Positions 39,464 through 51,271 of a stretch of 64,000 nt of DNA are shown one piece after another. A program made the position numbers and the translations under genes. Under the pieces are notes generated by a model. That model saw only the letters and a program-made list of their open reading frames with translations. It searched no databases and was not told the origin of the DNA. The stretch is taken from the NCBI RefSeq assembly GCF_964355755.1, contig NC_092677.1, positions 17,382,101-17,446,100 of the forward strand, in the 5' to 3' direction. Each line of letters starts with the position of its first letter. The first letter of the stretch is position 1. The stretch is from Antedon mediterranea (lineage: Eukaryota > Animalia > Echinodermata).

Positions 39464-40518
39464 ATGGATATGCCAAATGGTAAGATAATTTACTTATGTA
39501 ATTTATTATATTATGGTATTGTAATTACATTGCTTTTTTTTTGTAATTTATACTGTGCAACAAGTCATCTTAAATGTTCTTTTTTTTTTTTTATTAAGGT
39601 CCTGTGCATAAGTCTAGGACCCGCCGTAGAGTGCATAAGTCTGGGACTCGTCGTAGACACGAACCGAACAACCGAGAGCGCTCTCTCGAATTACCGTCAT
39701 CGTTTAGAAGACCTAAACAAGTTCCAGTAAATTCAACAAATGATTCTGATGCTGGAACAATCAGAAACTCGCTAGAAAATGCCCGTTCTGAGATTCAACG
39801 GTTTACTGATCTGATGTCCGATTACGTCGACTTAGCCGATAGACGAGTTAAAAATGTACAAGAACCACCGGCTGGTGCATTCCCCGGAGGAACGATAGAT
39901 GAAAAAATACAATATTATGAAAATAGACGTCGGATGTATGCACACGCATACGAAATGAGTTTGAAATCAAGAAAACTTGATGAAAATGCGAAGAAGAATT
40001 TACAGATTTTCCCAGATGACGATTTTAGAGAGAGATATTTTCGGAGAAAAGAAATTAGGATGAAAATGAAACACGAAGCGGAGGAAGAATTTGCACAGCT
40101 ATGCGAATATATAGTTGAAATCAGGCAACGTAAATTTAATCGTGCTAATAGTATAGCCGATGTTCAAGAAGTAGGAAATTCCCGCCAAAATGATGAATCA
40201 CAAGCGTTACTGACTAGACGACAGTTAGTTGGGAGCGAACATAGAAATAGAGTAATGAATCATAGTGCTGGTGATGGAGCAACGAACCAACACCAAGGAG
40301 ATGTAATGGCACATCGTGACGAGACCACGACACCAGCCATCGATGGTGATAACGCAACAGTAGGCATGAGTAATCAACAGGAAAGTACTATTGCCCAACC
40401 TCGCCGCCGCCGTTGGCGAATTCGTGTGCCGTGGCTTCGACGGATCTGGCGATGGGCACGCAAGCATCGACGGCGAAACAGCAGAACTATCTCGGATGCT
40501 GCACCAGACAATCAATAG
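39464..40518 (+). CDS. Unrecognised two-exon gene, ~311 aa: basic N-terminus, helical charged core, Arg/Trp-rich C-terminus
   Basis: Exon 1 39464-39479 (ATG GAT ATG CCA AAT G|gtaaga); 119-nt intron with a T-tract and AG at 39597-39598; exon 2 39599-40518 in matching phase. A 900-nt open frame is unlikely by chance in this AT-rich DNA; ATTAAA lies ~60 nt after the stop. Confidence 0.7.
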
Positions 40519-40725
40519 TGGTTTTTTTTCAACTTTTATATTTTATATTTTATATATGTTTGTATTTCAAAATGTGAATTAAACAATATTTCATAGCAAA
40601 ACGAGTTTTATTGTTCAGAAACAAGAAGCTGGAAATAATTCCAAAATCAAATGCTTAACATTTCTTTTTCAAAAAACTCCTATAATAAATAGAATGGTAT
40701 ATAACATATCCCCATACAATACAAA

Positions 40726-41460
40726 CTAGATTTGAACTCGTCACGGTGACGAGTTAAACTATCGCGCAACGCATCGTAACATGCACATTCTATTTATTAG
40801 GCTTACAGAAGGCTACACTACTGCGCTGCGCTACACAACGATTGTACAAACAGCATAGCATCGATCAAAATCATTCAACAAGCGTCAACAGTTGACGGTA
40901 TTGGCATTGTAAACGGTTTAGTTGACGGTTATTTTTTGTTTTACACCACTCATGTTTATTTAATTGTTTGAATATGATGACCTTTTCAAATTAAAAATAA
41001 AGTTCATATGTCTGAAGGAGAATGGTTTGAGTAATATAACAATATTGAAAATTGGAAGAAAATTGATAACGATTATGCGATATTCGTGTCGAAAGAGATA
41101 AAAATCCAATTTTTAAAATTCAGATGGCCATATGATGACGTCAAAACATACCTACGGTGTAAATTTCATATGAATTCATATTTACAACTGATTACTCTTT
41201 TATAATAGGCCTAAGTGAAAAAAAATAGTGCGTCACCTGCCAGTCAACCCGGAGAATTTGACGTGCGCGTGTGTCATTATTTTACATTCATTTTACAAGT
41301 CATCAAAAATTAAAGGAACTTATCATAAAAGGTATATACGTGCATCTGCTGGCCAAGTTACAACATAACTGCTATCGCCGTTTTCGAGATCTGCGATCAA
41401 CAAAAAATGAGCCGAAAAAATGAAATTTTTGACAATAACAATAGGCTAATACACGGTTAG
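40726..41460 (-). mobile_element. Non-autonomous Helitron/Helentron-like element
   Basis: Minus-strand end reads AACTCGTCAC-C-GTGACGAGTT (palindrome 40735-40755), caaat, then CTAG|TTT, i.e. hairpin + CTRR terminus. The far boundary is approximate. Confidence 0.55.
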
Positions 41461-43836
41461 ATTCAACAAAAAAACCATTGGCTGGCAGCCAATTTGACAA
41501 TTTTTTTGCTTTAAATTACATATTTTCAGGTAAATATTTTTTTCCCATCCAATTTTTGGTTAAAAGTGAATAACTATGTGACAATAAAATGGCATATTTA
41601 AAATATTATCTGTAAAAACATTTGAAACTGTCACCCGAACAGTACTGTCATGATGTAGCGTAACAAATACCTTGCGCATGCTTGAGGTAACTACTGACCA
41701 ATTAGAAACGGTATTCAATCAATCCATATCTCTCGCTCTCGAACTTGAATCTCAACACGCGGCGGATATCCGCACATCGCGACGACCGAGCAGCAGCTGC
41801 ACAACATCAAAATGGAAATAAATACAATTAATAACGAAACTAAAATTGTAAGTTCAATTATAATTTGTCATACTGTAATTATAAAATATCAGGACGACTG
41901 ACCTACGGACCTACTAACGTTGCTATCATGTTTATAACTCAGTATCTCTAGCCTAGATTTAGGACTGAGTTGGCCTAGGAATAGGCTAGGCTTGTTGTAT
42001 GAAGATGATGGGTGTTTACACTCCTAGGGGAGGGAGCGAGAGCGTCGCCTACAAAATTTGTCTTCGTTTGCAGGCCGATTTTGTAGTTCATTATTAAAGA
42101 TCTTCAAGATTTTCATGCTGGATTTTCCTCTCATTTATACTTCCTTGTCTAGGGGCCATAAAGGCATTTTTCCTCGTACATATTGAATTGTATGTTTTTG
42201 AGTGTAATTAGCCCTTTCAGGTAGTGAGTTAATTTAATACTCTGGTTATTACGTTAGTTAATTTCCATTTAGGCTTTTAAATTTTATTGATAAATCATGA
42301 GTGATTTAAACCGGATTCAGATGTCAAGGTGTAAAAAAATAAAAAGCAGTTTGGTTATTGATAAACAAATTGTTAATGGATAGGGATGATACAACATTGT
42401 ATGTACTGTACTTTCTTGTAATTGTCTTCTAATCCTATAATTGTGTCTGGGCTCGGCCTTTATATTTTATTTTTTGTGATTGGTCAAATTGCCTACATTG
42501 CATGTACGTTCTTGTGCCAAGTCTTTTGGGACCCCTCAGGATACAAACCTCCGGGTTTAGAGGGTTATCCTTTGCTCCTACTCGTTTTTTGTTGTTGTCT
42601 TTGTTCTGATTTTGTTGTTTGTTAAGTCTGCAACTTTTGATGTATATATATATTTCTGTACCAAAGTTATTTTTATATGAGCAAGAAATAAAAACAAACA
42701 AACAATTTGTGATAAGCAAGATTCACCAACCAATAAAAAAGTATCTTCAATTTGTTAAAATCTGATTTCAGTACTTTATTTACAAACAACATAAATATAT
42801 ACAATAGCAGTAGCACAATCCAATAAAACCATTGAATTGAACACATTATATAAACAGCAAAATATAAAAACTCTAAAAAAAATTAATACTACAATTATAT
42901 ACAGTATGTACATTTTCTACGATATTAAATTGATATTTACTGTATTAAATTATTGTATATACCGTAATTTAAAAATATCAATAAAGTTGTATTCGTTACA
43001 ATACATTGAAATGTTTATTAGTATCGTACACAATTTACAGTATTATTCACGTTTTTTTTAAGGAACTAAATATAAAATTATGTTGATACATGATGAAAAG
43101 TTAAAAATAATCTACATACATTTTAAAAACATATTTTTGGAAATGGAAATCATAAAAAAAAAATTGTATTATTGAGTTTCAAGTTTTAAATTTTTGATAT
43201 TTTGTTTTTATAAACAGAAATTCATTAAAAATGTATTGGAGTACTTTTTTCATTCATTCATACCAATATTTATTACATATTAGTAATTGATAAATTTTTT
43301 GTTCTACCGTAGACAAATTAAATAAATAATGTGACCTTTACAACATACAGGTAAAAGGACACTTTGTTGTTCAAGGAAACTAAAATAACAACTATATACA
43401 GTACACTAATAACAACTTGTCAAGCGCTGCCTGACCAACTCAAAATCTGATCAATTCTATCGATTGTTGACATTGCACACATAAGTGAATAGTATAGTGC
43501 CCCTTTTAAAATGTTAGTACAGCAGAATTTTTTTAAATAAATAGATATTAATAAATCAGCTAAAATTAGGATAAAAATGTTGCACAAGCCTGACAAAGTA
43601 CATACACATTAATAATGATTCTAATGTGGTTTTAGTTGTTGATTTAATTCATTTTCTTTTTAGGAATTTTAATTTTGGCCCAGTTTTATTTTCTAGCAAG
43701 ATACTGTACATAACCCGGTAAAATTACTGACTGACCCTGTACTTTTTAGAAGTTGGGAGCTTGCTGGGCTTATACATTTTGAGGTTGGTCTGTACTCGAG
43801 TACATAGTACAACGGTATAAGTTATTGTTACTATTA

Positions 43837-46800
43837 TTAGGATTGCACTTTTATTAGGTGATCATAATTTAATATTTTAGCATCATCTTTGAAATAAATT
43901 TCTTCCATCTGTTCCAACGATTGATCTGCATCCACTACCTAGAAGAAAAAAAAACAAGATTTGTTATTTTATTTTTCTCCTTTCCAAGCCCTTCATCCAA
44001 TAGCAACCATTTGAAGATTTGTTGCATACATTTAGATCAATATATGCCCATTACTGTAGCTGATGCGGTCAGTCTAAAATTACCGAAAACAAATTTGTAT
44101 AATTTTTTTTTAATATCACCCTCTACTTATGGGTGTTTCTAGACTGAACCCATGACACGAGAACATTATTCAAATTTAGTCCACATAAAATTTTAATTTG
44201 CAAACATAGATTGTCAGATCTGAATATGAACCAAAGCACCCTGCAGTGCTCTGATTCTAGGTCACAGTACAACATTTTGAACAGAAAGGCCAGAGTGATG
44301 CTGCATATGTATGCACAATACCATTGTCTTAAAGTGATGTTCAAAGTTTCAATATGTTCTCTACTAAATTAGAAAGGCCTATTTGTTTATACAGGTAAGG
44401 TGATGAATTGACTGCAGTTTGTATGTCAGTTTTTACAATGTATTGTACTGTACTTACTATAACGTTTGAATTGGTGTTTATTGTAGAACCCTCTATTAGC
44501 CATTCCTCGTGCAAGTCATGGATCTGTTGTAGGTATTCCAACGGGATGCAGTTTTCCTCATTCCGGCAACGCTTTTTGATTCTTTCATAACATTTCTGGG
44601 GTGAAGTTCTCAAGTAGACTAAGTAAAACATACAACAATTAAATATTATTATTATTACTCTGCAAAAACTTTATTTGAACTGGTTAAGTAATCAGGCTAG
44701 GCCTATAACTGACTAATGAACTTGCACAGAAAATTATAAAATTTGATTAATTTAATCAGAAAAAACAGTATAGGAAATGAAAGTGTAATTTTCATCAGTT
44801 TTTTTAGTCATTTGAGCACAGAACTGTGCATTATATTATGTTATATATACTGTAAATAAATCAGCTTACTTTTTCAATTCAAGTTTAACATTAAGAATCA
44901 TATTCGGAAGCCCTAATGATACACATCTGCTGAAATGATACATTATTGTATTCATATTTTCCAAACTTACTTATTTGGTCAACATTAAGGTTCAAGTTTA
45001 CAAAGATCCAATCAAACCATTCATTGATTATGGCATATTCCGCATCTGACATTTTATTGCTACAAAATAAGAAAAATTATGTTATTATAATTAATGATAA
45101 AATTATAGTTGGTCAAGCAAAGGAAAGACGCTGCAAACCATAGCCATTTTGGCTCAGGTTCAAGGTACTGTACTCATCAAAAATAGTTTTCTCATAAGGA
45201 ATTTAAAACTGGAGGTCCAATTATATAGGTCTGGCTTGTGTCTGTGGAAAAATCGAGTGCATCTTTCAAGAGGTGGTGTTCTGGTACAAAAATGATTTGT
45301 ATTATATTTTGTAAAATGTATCTTTTATCTGATTAAATAATATAATAATAATATAATAATCACTTTCTTGTAAGTATCTTTTAGCTTACCTTCTGTACAA
45401 GTTCTCTACAAACACATGTCTAGCACTAAACAGTGACCGTTCCATTAGTTTCAGTGGTTGCTTTGTTGGACATGTGTGGTTTTGTAACATGGTTAATTGT
45501 AAGTATGACTGAAATGCAAAACTCCAACGCGCTGGATCTTCGTACATCAAACCCTATATAAAATGTTCAAATTTTGTATTAATTTACTTAAAATATAAAA
45601 TTTTAGCCATTTAAATTAAAAATGTTAGGCTACACACAACTCAAATTTAAATCAAGCATATCAATTTATTTTATAAAAATGTTATGCACTTGTCAATCCC
45701 CTATACAACCGCCGGGAGCTGGTGCGTCATATGTCCAATTTGCGTCATACTGTACCTTATGAATACCATGACACTGCCTTAAGGTGACTATGACGCACCC
45801 ATTGTGATGCATTGTGACCATGTTGTTCATGATGGTGGGTGGTAAAGTGACAAACCATCATTGTTCATTGATGTGACGTACATCTAGGTTTTTTTGACAC
45901 ACCCCTGTGTCAATAATTATATTTAAATGACATTCCTCTCCCAGGGTTGTATGGTGTATAGTATTGACAATTGCATTATATTAAGCAGGATGTTTAGTTA
46001 TTTACCAATGTATTATGGCCTCTGACATTTTGCCATTTGGACACAGGTTCAGTCAGAACTTCTACACCATAGGGAACTTGCTCTTGGAACATTTCTAACA
46101 TTGTGGTCTTGCCGCAACCGATGTTTCCCTCAACACATATCTTAGTTTTAAAAAGAAATAATCAAATGTCATTATTTATGTCTGCTGTACCTGTACACTC
46201 ATCATTATGAAATGTAGGCTTCAACAAATAAAATCCACCACCACATGCATACACAATATTGTATTAACAATTTGTTAAATCTATTTGTAGCTGAAAGAAC
46301 TTACTCATATATTGACAATGACATGTATCTACAATTTACCAAACATTTTTATACAATTGTCACTTCTTGATATTAATTGTATTTGATTATATCATAATAA
46401 TTATCATTACTAACAATTAAACGTCTCACAGTCACATGCCAGGGCATTTAATATTCGATTACGGTAATAAAATTTATAAACTGGCTAATGTCTACTGCTG
46501 CTGTTAGTTTTAATGTGCTGTTTTGCATCATGGAGCTACTGTATCTAATTTATAGACCCATGGTTGCATCTTTTTAAATTATATTATAAAACAGTTGAAC
46601 CTCCCGTCAGCAGCCACCTTCGGGACAGGGAAAAGTGGCCGCTTACAGGAGGTGCCCGTTTATGGGAGGTTCTGCCGACATATTATGTTTTGCACAATAT
46701 TTTCGTTTTTACGCAACATGCCTCTAAATTCTCCATCATATCGTATTAGTTATTACAGTATTTATGATTTTCGGACAAATTTAAATTTTTGTAGTTTTCT

Positions 46801-47393
46801 CATCTCAAATATCTAAAAAACACAGGAATGTTCTTCACAGAAATGCTATTAAAACCACTTCAAAACAAACTATACTAATAGGCTATATAAAGCACAATAG
46901 TTTTAGTAAGTATCAAAATTGTATTTTTGTTGTCAAAAGTAAAAAAAACACAAATTTTTCGGGTGGCCACTTACGGTGGGAGGTAATTTACCACACAAAA
47001 AAATCTAATTTTTAGTAAAAAAGTGTTTGCAGCCGCTTTTACGGGAGGTGGTCGCTTTATGGGAGGTGTACTAATTGCACCCTATATAGCCTACTACTAC
47101 TACTACTTTACTACTAGGCCTATATAGAGGAGGTGGTGAAAACTGAGCAAAATGTTTAAAAATATGCACACACATAGGCCTAGCCTAGGCCTTTTTAGCA
47201 TCCTAGCCTACCTACGGTACCTACACATCATATCATATTCATACGTAGCCTACAGTACGTGCCATCATAATTATTGTCATGTAAAAAAAAACCTGTAAAT
47301 AATAAATTCATTTTATGACTTCCAATAAAAAAAGACACAACATGTTTTGATTATCCTACTTACTGTTGCTTTTGAGTTTCTAGAATCTGACAT
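43837..47393 (-). CDS. TK2: Deoxynucleoside kinase, TK2/dNK family
   Basis: Exons 47393-47364, 46140-46006 (P-loop [17 protein letters not shown]), 45553-45390 ([25 protein letters not shown]), 45059-44971, 44618-44458 ([21 protein letters not shown] lid), 43938-43837; all GT-AG and in phase. Start codon less certain. Confidence 0.93.
45685..45975. mobile_element. Diverged copy of the 32262-32587 MITE
   Basis: tta|tgcacttgtcaat...attgacaattgca|tta with shared internal gggtggtaaagtga and gttcattgatgtgacgta. Confidence 0.8.
46592..47070. mobile_element. Tc1/mariner-like MITE with subterminal repeats
   Basis: CAGTTGAACCTCCCGT start; repeated gtggccgcttacgggaggt motifs toward the other end. Confidence 0.55.
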
Positions 47394-47723
47394 GTTGGCT
47401 AGATAAAATATTGAACAAAAACGTTACATACAGGAGGATCGAAGGCGCAAAAGAAAAACACACCCAGCTGCTGGCGATTCGATTATCGACTGCTGACAAA
47501 AACAAAATACGAATTTCGCGCCTGTGACAGTGGTTGCCGCGATAAATAAATTGTTTACCCTTTCTGTACAATTATTAACAGTGGAGATTATATTTCACGC
47601 ACAAACAAGCCCCGTCGTCTGCTCTTTGCATGCTTTATAAAAAGTAGACAAATGACATGCATGTTGTTGTTGGCTCAAATTTGTTAATTTTAATTCTAAA
47701 ATTTATGTTTATCCTCTGCTAAA
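47394..47723. promoter_or_regulatory. Bidirectional promoter region between TK2 and TP53RK
   Basis: Divergent start codons 330 bp apart; locally CpG-rich. Confidence 0.7.
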
Positions 47724-50700
47724 ATGACCTCTTCAAACATGATAAATCAAGGTGCAGAAGCTAGAGTTTATGAGGGCGAATTTGGTGGCCGTTCTGTTAT
47801 TGTGAAAGAACGTTTTTCAAAGAAGTATCGACATCCGACTCTAGATGAAAAGCTAACCAAGAAGAGGATGACACAGGAAGCAAGGGCCATAATGCGGTGC
47901 AAGAAGGCTGGTGAGAATCTAGGCCTAGGCCTAGCTTTTTTTTTTGTAGAAAACTTTGTTGTGTTGTAAAATATAATAATAATATAATATGTATAATTTA
48001 AACTGCAGTAGCGCCTTTTTGGCGCTACTGCAGTTTCGCACCACACCGTTATATCTTCAATTTCTCACCTAAACTTTCGTTTTTTACACTCACAACATAA
48101 TATTATGTAACATGTTTATACGATTCGACCACTTACGAAGTAATTTTTTTCAAATAACAATACTTTTCAAAACATTTTAAACAATACTGAACTCGCTGTC
48201 AACACACTGCGAAATGTTCGCCGTCTTATATTTATCACTTAATTGCCAGAATTTATGCTTCATTTTACCCCAAAAATTGTAGAAACTATAGAGGGCAGTG
48301 TTATAAAATCCGATTACACATATAGGCCTACCCTATTTAGTTTTGAAAAGCAAGAAATGTTTTCAGCTGGCGAAATAAAGGTTAAATTAATATTTAATTA
48401 TTAGTATTACTATTATTATTTATATTAATGGTTCCTATCAATGTTTTATGTACGGACTCATATCGTCGCCGTTTTGATATGTACAGTTGGTTCTTTATAA
48501 AACCACTCTTTGCAGTTTAAAAATAAAAACAGAAAATAAAACATACATTGATTTCTGGCAATTTTCTGAATCTAAAATGGCCACAGTTCAATCGAAGTTT
48601 TCGCGAAAAAAGGAGCTGTTTTGAAAGGCATTTTTTATTGTGATAAAGGTAATATAACGGTGGCTAAATCATGGGAACATGTTACATAATGGCCCAAAAT
48701 TGTATGATGTGAGTGCGAGAAAAAAATGAAGCAAGAAATCCAAGATATAACAGTGTGGTGCGAAACTGCAGTAGCGCCAAATTTTTAGGATCAGGTGCCG
48801 TTTTAGGCCACCTCGACTTATATGGACTATACGATAGTTAGTATACCATTAATTATTATGATAGTAGGGTGGTAGGGGTGTGGTGTATTATATTATGTTA
48901 TGTAGGCATGTTATTATTATTAGGCACTGTGTTACGGAATACCAAGATTTTGTAACAAGATTACTACAGTATATTAACTAGGCCTATATATACAGTACTT
49001 ACTATATATAAAAACTAACCTAAAAACTATAGTATAACTATAATCAAAATTAAAACATTAAATACTATGTAACATTGTTAGTTATGCCTATCTTGATTTC
49101 AACACATTAAATTGTAGTACAATCGGATTCGAAATTAGAAAATCTTAAATACTACAGTACAATCAGAATCAAAACATATTAAAAAATACAGTACAATCGG
49201 ACTTAAAACATCCTAAATACTAGGCCTACAATACAATCGGAATTAAAACATGTTAAACTACAAAACAACTAAACTAAATATCACAATCGGAATTAAAAAA
49301 TCTTGCAAAGGATAAATCTCAACATCGTTGATTTGAACCTAAGACCCTGGTATCGGTAGACGAACATAATTGAAGATTCATTAACATAATTATATGTTTT
49401 TTGTTTGTTTTACCTCACCAGATACATTTACATTTAATGCTAAGTGTAAAACAAATTGTAGATAGAAACAAAATGGTAACAGATTCATTGACATAATTAT
49501 ATGTTTACAGTATTTGTTTTACTGATACTACTGATAAATTTACATTTAATGTTAAATGTAAATAAATGGAACGGATGTAGACAGAAACAAAATGGTAACA
49601 GATTCATTAACGCAATTATAATGTATGTTTGCTTTAGGCCTACTGATCACCTGATACATTTACATTTAATGTTAAATGTAAATAAATGAAACGATTGTAG
49701 ATACAGAAACAAAATGGTAACACTAACAGATTCATTGACGACATATGTATTTTTGTTTTACGACGACTCGGCTATAGTTGGATACGATTATGCTCTGTAC
49801 CTTTTCTGAGATTATTCGATTTACCGATTATGGCAACAATTTTCTTGAAATAAACATAAATAAAACGAAAGAAATAAGAATTGATTTTCGAAAACATAAT
49901 TGGTCTGACAGTATACATAAAAGGAAAGGAAGCAGAGATTGTTAACAATTATAAGTATCTGGGAGTAGTGTTTGACTAAAGCTTAAATATGTAGGTGGAC
50001 ATATTGATCATATAGTTAAGAAGTTAAATACAAGGCTGTACTGCTTGAGGAAACTCGGTTCTTTGGGGTAAAGCAGGATATTTGTACTATAGAATGTTTC
50101 TATTTGAGGATATTGTATGTTGGGCTTGGAAAATTTAGTAAGGGAATGTGTGGATCACCGAATTGCGAAGGTGCTTGGTAGAGCGGGGAAAGTATAAATT
50201 GGTTTGTCTATGCAAATGCTTGACTCGTTCTACAACGGCTTGCCGATGTATTCCATGCTATATTGGAAGACATGAATCATCCTCCTCATGGCGACATTAT
50301 CAGCCCCTATTTTCCAATCTTTTTATAATGGTATAGTCCATTCAAGTCGAGGTGGCCAAAATCGGCACCTGATCCATTAATAATAAAAATACTTGGCCTA
50401 GGGCCTGGGTCTAGCCTAAACGTACAAACAATTTACATTCAAATAAAAAATGAATCCATGTATGATTGACACATTTCATTTTAATTTTTAATTCCGTGTT
50501 CTTTCCATTTTTTTAGACTGATTTGTTTTATATTAAAATAATACACAGTCACAGTTTTCTATCAGCATGTGGTCGACGCTGCATATTTTTCATTGACATA
50601 CATAAAACGCATGCACATAAATTATGTTTAAAGAACAATTAGGCCTATATATTATATTTAATATTATATATTATAAGAAAAATAACTGCAGAAAAGGAGG

Positions 50701-51271
50701 AACGATAACAAACATATGCTATACTTAAATGAGGTTCTGCACAGTATAGGATGTCAATGATCAGATGATGAACTTGTTTTTTTTTCCCACAGGTATTGCT
50801 ACTCCGGCTATTTATTTTGTAAATTATGAGACCAATCAGATTTATATGGAGAACATTAAGGATTCATTAACTGTAAAAGAGTACATTCAGGCTCTACAAA
50901 GAGAAGGTGGAAAGGATGAAGAATTAAATAAATTGGCAGACAAAATTGGCAACATCCTGGCAACCATGCATAACATTGATGTAATCCATGGTGACCTGAC
51001 GACGTCGAATATAATGATAAAAAGACCTTTCGAAGAATTGGGCCTTGTACTTATTGATTTTGGTCTCAGTCATGTGTCTAGGCTTTTGGAAGATAAGGGC
51101 GTTGATTTGTATGTCCTAGAGAGGGCGTTGTTAAGTACACATCCAAATACAGAGGTATTATTTGAACGTATGTTGCATAATTATAGCAAGAAATCAAGGC
51201 AATCAAAGGAAGTTCTTGCTAAGTTAGAGGAGGTTCGAATGAGAGGAAGAAAGCGTCTTATGGTTGGATGA
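47724..51271 (+). CDS. TP53RK: TP53RK/Bud32 kinase (KEOPS complex)
   Basis: Exons 47724-47910 and 50793-51271; QGAEA, KERFSKKYRHPTLD, HGDLTTSN, LIDFGL, EDKGVDLYVLERA, C-terminal VRMRGRKRLMVG. Confidence 0.97.
48018..48781. mobile_element. Non-autonomous TIR element in TP53RK intron
   Basis: ~40-bp TIR TTTGGCGCTACTGCAGTTTCGCACCACAC(C/T)GTTATATCTT at both ends. Confidence 0.8.
48788..50375. mobile_element. Second TIR element carrying internal tandem repeats and a LINE fragment
   Basis: TIR GGATCAGGTGCCG..TT.GGCCACCTCGACTT; internal ~120-bp repeats 49370-49740; decayed RT C-terminus ~49830-50070 (LEININKTKEIRIDFRK, YKYLGVVFD, RLYCLRKL). Confidence 0.75.
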
